Shown: positions 6,779 through 15,350 of the stretch, piece by piece | Layout of the letters: each line of letters begins with the position of its first letter | How positions within the stretch are numbered: the stretch's first letter is position 1 | From: Candidatus Micrarchaeales archaeon | GTDB taxonomy: Archaea > Micrarchaeota > Micrarchaeia > Micrarchaeales > JBNAVG01 | Reading direction: 5' to 3' | DNA: 28,611 nt | Assembly (NCBI GenBank): GCA_049700355.1 | Contig: JBNAVG010000003.1 | Location: 1-28,611 of the forward strand | Made by a program: the position numbers and the translations under genes | Notes under the pieces: generated by a model | Database searches by the model: none | Seen by the model: only the letters and a program-made list of their open reading frames with translations | What the model was told of the DNA's origin: nothing

Positions 6779-9700
6779 TTTTTTCTATTTTTTCCTTTGG
6801 AAGGATTAGCTTTACCATTCCAGTACCAACAGGTACTTCTTGGCCTATTATTATGTTTTCTGTTACCCCGGTTAATCTATCAACCTCACCAGTTGCAGCA
6901 GCATTCATTAAATGCTTAACTGTTTCCTCAAAAGCTGCCCTTGCAAGAACACTCGGTTTTTCAGCAACTAAGCCTTGTCTTCCTATTGGCTTTATTACCC
7001 CTTCCCTGGTCATCGTATCGGCGAGAAGCATTATATGCCTTATATCTACGTTTAGCTTGTTGGATTTTAGTATAGAATAAAGCTCCCTTACTATCGCATT
7101 CCTAGCAGCTTCTATTCCAAGTACTTCTGCTATTTCATGGATATGTGTTGTAAATATTTTACTTTTATCAACTCCTTCAACCTTCATCACTTCTCTTAGA
7201 TTGCTCCCACTAGCTCTTATGAAGTATTCTTCACCTTCCTGAAGCACTATTGCCCTTTCTATTCCTTTTATTCCCTTAACTATTAGCTCCTTTATTCTTA
7301 CTGCACTCCTTCTTAGCTTTGCATAAGAATTTGTTTTTATTTTTATTTTAACTCTATTTCCTTTTATGTTCATCCTACCAATCTTTTCACTTTTAATCTT
7401 TTCTATTGCTTCAGAAATTTTTACTCCTTTGCTCTTTAGTTTATTCTTGCTAAATGTTATCGTTATGCTCATATCATCAAAATCTTCCTCAACCTTGGCT
7501 ACTTCAGAAATTTTTACTTCTTCTATTTTTGAAGCGATTTGTTTGACCTTTTCTAGGTTGTTCTTAAACTTTTTATCTATATAAATGTCCATCATAGGTA
7601 TGGAAGGAACACTCTTTGCATCTATTATTTCTATAACCCTTGGAAGACCGGTTGGTACTTGCTCAGCAACTCCTGCAAAGTGGAAAAGCCTTAAGGTCAT
7701 TTGTGTTGCTGGTTCACCAAGGCTTTGTGCAGCAACTATACCAACAGCTTCACCGGGTTCGACAAGGAATTCTTCCCTTTTCTTTATGTTGTATTCTTCA
7801 AAATGTGAAAACATAGGATGCAAAGCATCTCCACCATATACAAATTGAACGATATCGTTTTTTGAATCCTTAACGCTTAAATCTTCATCAACATAAAGGT
7901 CTTGTAAAGCATGTATTAGTCTTCTTTGCATGTAACCAGATTTTGCTGGTCCAAGACCTTTTTGTACTATACTTTCCCTACCACCTACCGAGTGGAAGAA
8001 GAACTCTATCGGGTTTAAACCAAACCTAAAGTTTCCACCTATAAAGCCCCTTGCTTCAGCGCTTAAGTCATTCTTTTTCAAATGTGGTAATACTCTTGCT
8101 CTATAACCACGGTTTATCCTCTGTCCTCTTACTGCTTGCTGACCGAGCATCGCTGAGATTTGTATAAAGTTAAGCATTTTTCCCCTTGCACCACTTTGTG
8201 TCATTAGAAGAGCTGGGTTTTTTTCATCGATATATTTTTTAATTATCTCTTCGCACCCATCCCTAACTTCACCGAGCTCTTTAACAATATAAGCTTCTAA
8301 GCTTTCTTTACTCGTTCTACCAGGTAATGGAACTAACCTTTCTTCCTTATACTCTTTTATTAGCTCGTTTACTCTTTCTTTTCCTTTTTCCCTTCTTTCA
8401 TTTATTTTCTCCATCGCTTCTTTTGGAAGAGTATATTCCTCTAAGCTAACTGTTAATCCATACCTAGAAATAACAAAGTTTCCAACTCTTGTAATGTTAT
8501 CTATAAATTCTCTTGCTTCTTCAAAACCAACTTGAAGAGCAATAGCACCTATTATTTTTCTTAAAACATCCTTATCAACTACTCCTTCTTTAAGCTTTCC
8601 ATTTTCTATAACAACTTTACCTTTTTTCGTCTTTATTTCTAAGCTAATTTTTGGTAGAATGTTTGAGAATATTTCCTTTCCACTATATCTTTTTTCCTTC
8701 CTTTCTATTTCCTTCCCAGCTTGAGCTAATATATCGCATGCTTCTTCTTTTGAAAAATAAGAGGAATCTTGTGTTAAAATATAAATACCAGTGCATGTAT
8801 CTTCTATTGGTCCAATTATAATTTCTCCATGCCTTGGTGAAAAAAGTTGAAACTTTGTATCCATTAGATACTTTGCCTCAGCTATAGCATCTTCGCTTTG
8901 TGGAACATGAAGGTTCATTTCATCCCCATCAAAATCTGCATTATAAGGTTCTGTTGCTGCAATGTTTATTCTAAAGGTTTTTCCAGGAAGTATTCTAACA
9001 TAATGGGCCATCATGCTTATTCTATGCAAGCTCGGTTGTCTATTGAATAGAACTATATCACCATCTTTTATTTGTCTTTCAACTACATAACCAACGTTTA
9101 TTTCATTCTTTATCTCCTCTTTGTTCTTTTCAGTAATCTTTCTTTTTGTCCCATCTGGAGAAATTACATACAAAGCCCTTGGATATTCTTCTCTTTCTAT
9201 AAGCTCCTTGCAATAATCTATATTTTGAGAATTTACCTTTACTGGATAAGTAAGCTCCATTGCAATTTCTTTTGGTACCCCAACTTCATTTATGCTTATC
9301 CATGGGTCAACAGAAATAACACTCCTTGCACTAAAGTTTACCCTTTTTCCACTCAAATTATAACGAAACCTTCCTTCTTTTCCTTTTAGCCTTTGTGCTA
9401 AAGTTTTAAGAGGTCTTCCACTCCTATGCCTTGCTGGTGGAAGTCCTGAGGTTTCATTGTCAAAATAGGTTGTTATATGGTATTGTAAAAGTTCCCAAAG
9501 GTCATCTATTATCAATTGTGGAGCACCAGCGTTTATGTTTTGTTCAAGCCTTTGGTTTATCCTCATTATATCTACAAGCTTATGAGTTAAATCATCTTCG
9601 CTTCTTTCACCAGTTTCAAGAGTAATGCTTGGTCTTATGTTTACTGGTGGTACGAGCAGAGAATGTAGTATCATGTATTCGGGCCTTGCAACCTCTGGGT

Positions 9701-10313
9701 CAAGTCCAAGAAGCTTACAATCTTCATCGCTTATTCCCCTTAACCATTCTTCTATTTCAGGAACTTTCATCCTGATATTCTCAAGCTTTCCATCTTCTTT
9801 TTTTTCAACTCTATAGAAGAAAGTTGGTTTTTCAAACTTTATAAGTGGATGTACTTCACCACAATAAGGACATTTTTTAACCTGTTTAAGCTTGTTTATC
9901 AAAGATTTGCTTAACTTTTTCTTCTTTCCAGTTTCTTCCTCAACTTCTTCAACTTCAGCTTCTATAACTTCTTTTAATTGTTGTATTTCTTCTTTGTTTA
10001 AAAGAAGCTTATGACATTTTGGACATGTTGCTTGTAGCAATAAGTATATTACTTTTGCAAAGCCTGGGTGAATAACTGGCCTTGCTAAGTCTATATGCCC
10101 AAAATGTCCTGGGCATGCTCTCATCCTTGCTCCGCATGTTTTGCAGCGCAAGCTTGGGTCTATAACTCCAAGCCTTTGGTCTAGAAGACCACCATCTATT
10201 GGAAAACCTTCTTCATCATAAGTATCTGGAATCGTTATCTTTGCGACACTAAGCTTATGTACCATTTCATTTGAAAAAATACCAAACTTAATTGATTTTA
10301 TTATTTCTCTCAT
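6771..10313 (-). CDS. rpoA1: DNA-directed RNA polymerase largest subunit Rpo1, fused A'+A'' (Rpo1N+Rpo1C)
   Basis: 1180 aa in one frame. Zn site CKTC...CPGHFGH, NLSGKRVNFSAR, NRQPSLH, catalytic NADFDGDEMN (8913-8942), SGYMQRRL, then A'' motifs PGEAVGIVAAQSLGEPATQMTL and RAAFEET...NIIIGQ. Confidence 0.97.
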   Translation of the reverse strand: MREIIKSIKFGIFSNEMVHKLSVAKITIPDTYDEEGFPIDGGLLDQRLGVIDPSLRCKTCGARMRACPGHFGHIDLARPVIHPGFAKVIYLLLQATCPKCHKLLLNKEEIQQLKEVIEAEVEEVEEETGKKKKLSKSLINKLKQVKKCPYCGEVHPLIKFEKPTFFYRVEKKEDGKLENIRMKVPEIEEWLRGISDEDCKLLGLDPEVARPEYMILHSLLVPPVNIRPSITLETGERSEDDLTHKLVDIMRINQRLEQNINAGAPQLIIDDLWELLQYHITTYFDNETSGLPPARHRSGRPLKTLAQRLKGKEGRFRYNLSGKRVNFSARSVISVDPWISINEVGVPKEIAMELTYPVKVNSQNIDYCKELIEREEYPRALYVISPDGTKRKITEKNKEEIKNEINVGYVVERQIKDGDIVLFNRQPSLHRISMMAHYVRILPGKTFRINIAATEPYNADFDGDEMNLHVPQSEDAIAEAKYLMDTKFQLFSPRHGEIIIGPIEDTCTGIYILTQDSSYFSKEEACDILAQAGKEIERKEKRYSGKEIFSNILPKISLEIKTKKGKVVIENGKLKEGVVDKDVLRKIIGAIALQVGFEEAREFIDNITRVGNFVISRYGLTVSLEEYTLPKEAMEKINERREKGKERVNELIKEYKEERLVPLPGRTSKESLEAYIVKELGEVRDGCEEIIKKYIDEKNPALLMTQSGARGKMLNFIQISAMLGQQAVRGQRINRGYRARVLPHLKKNDLSAEARGFIGGNFRFGLNPIEFFFHSVGGRESIVQKGLGPAKSGYMQRRLIHALQDLYVDEDLSVKDSKNDIVQFVYGGDALHPMFSHFEEYNIKKREEFLVEPGEAVGIVAAQSLGEPATQMTLRLFHFAGVAEQVPTGLPRVIEIIDAKSVPSIPMMDIYIDKKFKNNLEKVKQIASKIEEVKISEVAKVEEDFDDMSITITFSKNKLKSKGVKISEAIEKIKSEKIGRMNIKGNRVKIKIKTNSYAKLRRSAVRIKELIVKGIKGIERAIVLQEGEEYFIRASGSNLREVMKVEGVDKSKIFTTHIHEIAEVLGIEAARNAIVRELYSILKSNKLNVDIRHIMLLADTMTREGVIKPIGRQGLVAEKPSVLARAAFEETVKHLMNAAATGEVDRLTGVTENIIIGQEVPVGTGMVKLILPKEKIEKIK

Positions 10314-13300
10314 TCTCTTTCACCAATTTTAATTCTTGGGAAAATATGAAAGCTTCTTATCTCATCCAACAAAAGCTTAAAACCATAGGAAACATCAACC
10401 TCTCCAATGTTCGTACTTCCACAAATTGGACAAACTGCAGTATTCTTAAGCCTATCAAAATATGCAAGTGAGCCACAATCTCTGCAAACAAGTATTTTTG
10501 TTTTATCGCTTTCTTCTAGCAATCTATCCCTTAGCAATGCGCTCGCACCAAAACCTATTAAAGTATCTCTTTCCATTTCTCCAAACCTTAAGCCCCCTTC
10601 TCTTGCCCTTCCTTCTGTTGGTTGATGTGTTAGAAGCTGAACTGGTCCACGGCTTCTTACGTGCATTTTATTGCTAACCATGTGATAGAGCTTTTGATAG
10701 TAAATAACTCCAATGTAAATATCTGCTTCAAAAGCCTTTCCACTTATACCATCATACATTCTCTCCTTTCCATTCTTTTTAAAACCATAGCTTTCGAGTA
10801 TTTTTCCTATTTCCTCTTCATTTATTTCTTTAAATGTTGTTCCTTCGATTGGTTTTGCCTTTAAACAAGCAGCTTTTCCAACGATAGTTTCGAGCAAATG
10901 ACCAATAGTCATTCTAGTTGGAATTGCATGCGGGTTTATTATTAAATCTGGAACTATTCCGCTTGAAGTGAATGGCATATCCTCTTGTGGAACAAGTAGC
11001 GCAACAACCCCTTTTTGCCCATGCCTAGAAGCAAACTTATCGCCATTTTCTAAGCTTTTTATCATCCTTATTCTTACTTTTACAAGCTTGTTTGCTTCCC
11101 CACTTTCACTTATAACAACAGAATCTACTACTCCACTCTCCCTTGGTTTAAGTAGAGTTGAGTTATCCCTTCTTTTTTCTTCAGAAACCCCAAAAATACC
11201 TGCTTCTTCTAAGAACCTTGGTGGTGATGTTTTTCCTACTAAAACATCTTTCCCATTAACGTTTTGTTCAACTTCTATTATACCATCTTCACCGAGCTTT
11301 GAATACGCCTCTTCACCCTTATAATCCTCTACCTCAGGGTTTGGAATCTCTATTCTATCTTTTTGTCCACCTGGATACCTTCTTTCCTCTGTTTCGTAGG
11401 TTTTATAAAAAACGCTCCTTGCTAAGCCCCTTTGTGCAGCATTCTTGTTAACTACTACTGCATCACCCATATTATAACCATAGTATGGTGCAACAGCAAC
11501 AACAAAGTTTTGTCCAGAAGAATATTTTTCATACTTTGCTATTTCAAAACCTTGTGTATAAACCAATGGTTTTTGTGGATAATAAAGAATGTAGCTTCTT
11601 GAATCAAAACGTTGGTTAAAGTTTAATGCAAATACTCCTTGACCTTGTTTAACCATTTGGCTTGCCATCGTAATTCTTGGAGAGCTATTATAGTTTTGGA
11701 AAGGAAGTAAGCTTGCAGCAATACCAAAAATAGTAGAAGGATCTATTTCAAGATGTGTTGTTTCTTTTTTGATATCTTTTTCGGAAATAGCTATAAAAGC
11801 GTTTTCTTCTTCATCAGCATCCAAGTACTCAACTATTCCATTCCTAACTAAATAATCAAAATCTATTTCTTTCTTTTCCAATTTTTCTAAAAGCTCCTGA
11901 GTAAGCTTTGGCTTTCCATCTTCAACTATTATATATGGCCTTCTAACTCTCCCAGGGTCGCAGTTTACGCTTATCTCCCTTGTTTTTTTATTTATTGAAA
12001 TGTTTAAGTTTATTAAAGAAAAATCCCTTCTTCTTTCTTCCCTTACTCTTTTTACAAATTCTTCACCATTCTTTACAAAATTCAAAAACCTTCCATTTAA
12101 ATAAACTGCAAAGGCTTCTTCCTTTTTCTGGGCTTCAAAATCGTTCATAATCTTTTCTAGTATCTTTTCTATTCTTTCTTCGTTTTCTTCCCTAGAAATA
12201 TCTATCATTAAAGCAAAATTTTTTATTAGAGCATGCCTAGGTCCTTCTGGGCTTTCATTAGGACAAAGCTTCCCCCAATGAGAACCGTGTAAATCCCTTG
12301 CTTCAAAATGTGTATGCTTCTTTGAAAGTGGTGATTGAAGCCTTCTAAGGTTTGAAAGAGTTGCTGCAAAATTGTTTCTATCTAGTAATTGGCTAACTCC
12401 GGTTTGCCCAGCAATCCAATTACCAGTTGCCATTGCAAACCTTAACCTTTGAGTTAATACTTCTGGTCTAACGACTCCTTGCAATAAAAGTTTTTTTCCA
12501 CGTGCATGAGACCTCTCAACTTGATAAGCAATATCTTTAACCAAAAAACCAAAAGCGTACTTAAAAAGCTCCTCCATCAATGCTCCAGCAATCTTTACTC
12601 TTTTGTTTGAATAAACATCCTTATCATCAGCCTTTATTTTATTATAAGCTAGAAGAATAGCCCTTTCAGCCATTTTTATTAAATAATAAGCTTTGTTTAT
12701 TCTGCTTTCTTTTGTTAAGCCTATATGTGGTAAAAGGTATTGGTCTAGGAGCATATCCACTCTTTTCCTTTGATAAACCAATGGTTGATTTGGAGCAACT
12801 TTTTTAGCAAGTTCATCAAAAGCTTCGCTTGCTTGTGTCTTTTCTAGCTCAAGGTTAAGCAGGAAGTCGTTTCTTACTATTTTTTCTTGTATTCTAGCCG
12901 TTATTTCGCTTGGTTTTAAGCCTAGAGCTTTTAGCAAAAGCATAAGCCTAAGCTCCTTCGGAGCTCCTGGGAAAGCAGCGAATAGCTCACCAGAATGATT
13001 CCTTCTAACAATACACTTTGCTCTAAAACCTTTAATCGTTGAAAAAACTTTACTCATCGTTTCTTTTCCTTTCTTTTCTTTTGAGGTTACTATTTTATTT
13101 GGTGCCAAATCTTCAATCCCAACTAATGCTTTTTCTGTACCGTTTATTATGAAATACCCACCAGGATCATTGGGGTCTTCACCATGTTCTATTAATTGTT
13201 TTCTCGTTAACCCATAAAGTCTACAAAGCTTGCTCTTTACCATAACTGGCAACCAACCGATAAGAACTTCTTTTGGTGTTCTTTTTACATCATCTATTAC

Positions 13301-13579
13301 TGGAATTATTTCCAAGTATATTGGAGATGCATAGGTTATGTTTCTAAGCCTGCAATCTCTTGGATAAAGCTCAGTGATTGAGCCATCTGCTTCAGTTATT
13401 ATAGGCTTTTCAAACCTTATTTTCCCTAAAAGAAATTTATAACCTTCAACATTCGGTTCTATTACTTTCTGGGAATCTATTACTCTTTGAGCCCCATACT
13501 CTATAAAATCATTGTAACTATTTAGCTGATGAGCAATTATAGAATGTTGTTCAAAAAAACTTAAAACTAAACTATTCAT
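10310..13579 (-). CDS. rpoB: DNA-directed RNA polymerase subunit Rpo2 (B, unsplit)
   Basis: 1089 aa. DPGGYFIINGTEK, FEARDLH, GDKFASRHGQKG, NPHAIPTRMT, KLYHMV, GGLRFGEMERD, C-terminal CRDC...CPIC. ATGA overlap with rpoA, with GGTGA 6 nt before the rpoA ATG. Confidence 0.97.
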   Translation of the reverse strand: MNSLVLSFFEQHSIIAHQLNSYNDFIEYGAQRVIDSQKVIEPNVEGYKFLLGKIRFEKPIITEADGSITELYPRDCRLRNITYASPIYLEIIPVIDDVKRTPKEVLIGWLPVMVKSKLCRLYGLTRKQLIEHGEDPNDPGGYFIINGTEKALVGIEDLAPNKIVTSKEKKGKETMSKVFSTIKGFRAKCIVRRNHSGELFAAFPGAPKELRLMLLLKALGLKPSEITARIQEKIVRNDFLLNLELEKTQASEAFDELAKKVAPNQPLVYQRKRVDMLLDQYLLPHIGLTKESRINKAYYLIKMAERAILLAYNKIKADDKDVYSNKRVKIAGALMEELFKYAFGFLVKDIAYQVERSHARGKKLLLQGVVRPEVLTQRLRFAMATGNWIAGQTGVSQLLDRNNFAATLSNLRRLQSPLSKKHTHFEARDLHGSHWGKLCPNESPEGPRHALIKNFALMIDISREENEERIEKILEKIMNDFEAQKKEEAFAVYLNGRFLNFVKNGEEFVKRVREERRRDFSLINLNISINKKTREISVNCDPGRVRRPYIIVEDGKPKLTQELLEKLEKKEIDFDYLVRNGIVEYLDADEEENAFIAISEKDIKKETTHLEIDPSTIFGIAASLLPFQNYNSSPRITMASQMVKQGQGVFALNFNQRFDSRSYILYYPQKPLVYTQGFEIAKYEKYSSGQNFVVAVAPYYGYNMGDAVVVNKNAAQRGLARSVFYKTYETEERRYPGGQKDRIEIPNPEVEDYKGEEAYSKLGEDGIIEVEQNVNGKDVLVGKTSPPRFLEEAGIFGVSEEKRRDNSTLLKPRESGVVDSVVISESGEANKLVKVRIRMIKSLENGDKFASRHGQKGVVALLVPQEDMPFTSSGIVPDLIINPHAIPTRMTIGHLLETIVGKAACLKAKPIEGTTFKEINEEEIGKILESYGFKKNGKERMYDGISGKAFEADIYIGVIYYQKLYHMVSNKMHVRSRGPVQLLTHQPTEGRAREGGLRFGEMERDTLIGFGASALLRDRLLEESDKTKILVCRDCGSLAYFDRLKNTAVCPICGSTNIGEVDVSYGFKLLLDEIRSFHIFPRIKIGERE

Positions 13580-13583
13580 TATT

Positions 13584-13832
13584 TCACTTCGCTACAACTA
13601 CTCTATAATAAAAATATTTAATTCCGTTTTCTTCTTCTCTTTCAATTTCTATAACATCACCAATCTTAACATTATATCCTTTGAGCATGGCGTCTGTTTT
13701 TAGTATTTTTGGGAGTTGTTTTTTTGTAATTTTGTATTTTTTTAATAATTTGTCTACTTCTTCACTCTTCAAAATTCTAAATTTTGGTACAAGCAAATGG
13801 TCAATACCAAAAACTATTCCTAGAATTAGCAT
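13584..13832 (-). CDS. rpoH: DNA-directed RNA polymerase subunit Rpo5 (H)
   Basis: 82 aa. HLLVPKFRIL, LPKILKTD, GDVIEIER, YYRVV. Sits directly upstream of rpoB, as in the conserved H-B-A operon. Confidence 0.92.
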   Translation of the reverse strand: MLILGIVFGIDHLLVPKFRILKSEEVDKLLKKYKITKKQLPKILKTDAMLKGYNVKIGDVIEIEREEENGIKYFYYRVVVAK

Positions 13833-13857
13833 TCAATCATATTTTATAAATTTTGAG

Positions 13858-13872
13858 TATTTAAATTTTTCG
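13858..13872 (-). promoter_or_regulatory. BRE-TATA promoter of the rpoH-rpoB-rpoA operon
   Basis: Minus strand reads CGAAAAA-TTTAAATA, close to the archaeal consensus, ending 25 nt before the rpoH ATG. Confidence 0.65.
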
Positions 13873-14030
13873 CTCAAAAGTATGATTAACACAACGAGTT
13901 GAAATCTTACAATCTTTACAGCAGGATAAAAGCAAACTGTCGTCATAGGAAGAAGGAAAGAGAGGAAGAAAAGAAGAAGAAAGAGGAAGGTAAAAAAAAT
14001 TATTAAATATTCTAAAAGAGAGAGAAAAAT

Positions 14031-15326
14031 ATGTTTAAAAAATATCTTTTATTGTTGTTTTTTGGTTTATTAATCGCTTTTGAATTTCCAATGCAAGGAT
14101 TTAAAATTGGAAACCTAAGCCTTCAAATCAGCAGGAATAATTCTGTTTTGGTAACTTTTCCGAATGGTTCTAAAAAGGAAATTCCACAAAATCTTACAAT
14201 AGCAATTATAAGAAATTTTACAAAGAATTCAAATATTTCTACTATAACTCACTTAATCTTTCTTAATATTACAAATCAAAATATTCAAATAAACAAAGAA
14301 ATGGAAAAAATAAAAGAGATTTATAAACATTATGGAGGTAACGAGGCTAAGATAGAAGAGGAGTATATAAAAGAGTTATCCAACATCTCTTTACCAACAA
14401 ATGTTTCAATTGAAAAATTAGAAGAAGAGTTTAAGGAAAAACAAAAGGAAGTTTGGGGGAGGGTAGAGAGAAAGTTTATAAATCACTCATCTAATGAATA
14501 TTGGAAAAAACACAGGATATGCGTAGCGATTTATCCAAATTTAAAAGAATGCCCTCCAGAAGTGTTTCCTATCTTCATTAATCAAACTAAAAAATTAATG
14601 CTTCCAAATGGTTCTATAATTTCAGTGAACGAAACGATTTTTGTAAGAGGTTTAGGAAAAATAATTCCAAAAGAGGATGAGGTTGAGATAGAAAATGAGT
14701 CTACGCATTCATTTATAAAAGAAGTACACAATCGTCCAGTAGTAGTTACGATTACTAAAACACCTACAGGAGTAAATGTTATTGTAACAAACTTAATAAG
14801 CGGAGTAAGAAATGAAATTGAAGTTGAAAAAGAGGAGAATGTTTTTAAGCACATTGTTGTACATACAAAAGGAAACGTTTCAAACGTTATAGTAAACATA
14901 ACAAGGATTAAAAACATCACATTTCCACCAAAAGTACCAAAAGAGTTTTCAAAAGCTTTGTTTTATGAGATTAATAGTAATTTAAGCGATAGCGATATAA
15001 AGAACGTTACATTTACTGTTGTTGTTAATCAGACATGGCTTAATAAAGTGAATAGTAGCATAGGAAAGATTGGGGTTATTAGAATAAATGGCAATACATC
15101 ACAAGTTTTACAGATTCTAAACGTTACAACTCAAAAAATCGGAAATGAAACATTCTACTATTTAAAAGTTGTTTCTCCAGGATTTTCTTTGTATGTAGTA
15201 ACTCCTCTTATCACTCCAACTTCAAGCATATTTAATATAAATTCATTGATTATAGCAGGGATCGTATTCTTAATTATAGCGATTGTTACAATTGTTTTAT
15301 TAAAAAGGAGAAAGAAGAGCAAATAA
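14031..15326 (+). CDS. Cell-surface glycoprotein with PGF-pre-PGF domain and C-terminal membrane anchor
   Basis: Signal peptide MFKKYLLLLFFGLLIA. C-terminal domain FYEINSN...VTFTVVVNQTWL...VVSPGFSLYVV, then a TM helix and KRRKKSK. About 23 N-X-S/T sequons by manual count. Confidence 0.72.
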   Translation: MFKKYLLLLFFGLLIAFEFPMQGFKIGNLSLQISRNNSVLVTFPNGSKKEIPQNLTIAIIRNFTKNSNISTITHLIFLNITNQNIQINKEMEKIKEIYKHYGGNEAKIEEEYIKELSNISLPTNVSIEKLEEEFKEKQKEVWGRVERKFINHSSNEYWKKHRICVAIYPNLKECPPEVFPIFINQTKKLMLPNGSIISVNETIFVRGLGKIIPKEDEVEIENESTHSFIKEVHNRPVVVTITKTPTGVNVIVTNLISGVRNEIEVEKEENVFKHIVVHTKGNVSNVIVNITRIKNITFPPKVPKEFSKALFYEINSNLSDSDIKNVTFTVVVNQTWLNKVNSSIGKIGVIRINGNTSQVLQILNVTTQKIGNETFYYLKVVSPGFSLYVVTPLITPTSSIFNINSLIIAGIVFLIIAIVTIVLLKRRKKSK

Positions 15327-15350
15327 AAATTCTTATATAATGGATAAAAC

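Noticed and set aside
6775-11324. Several short + strand ORFs (6775, 7366, 7585, 9072, 9431, 9625, 10407, 10462, 10661, 10968)
   Set aside because: They are antisense to rpoA/rpoB, have Phe/Ser/Ile-rich shadow composition and show no motifs.
6771-13579. Possible intein in the long Rpo1 or Rpo2
   Set aside because: The extra Rpo1 length is explained by the A'+A'' fusion. I saw no splice-junction HN-[CST] block or LAGLIDADG motif.
13833-13946. 38-codon minus-strand ORF upstream of rpoH, and a 4-codon uORF at 13840
   Set aside because: The ORF overlaps the rpoH BRE-TATA, and neither has a recognisable motif or SD.
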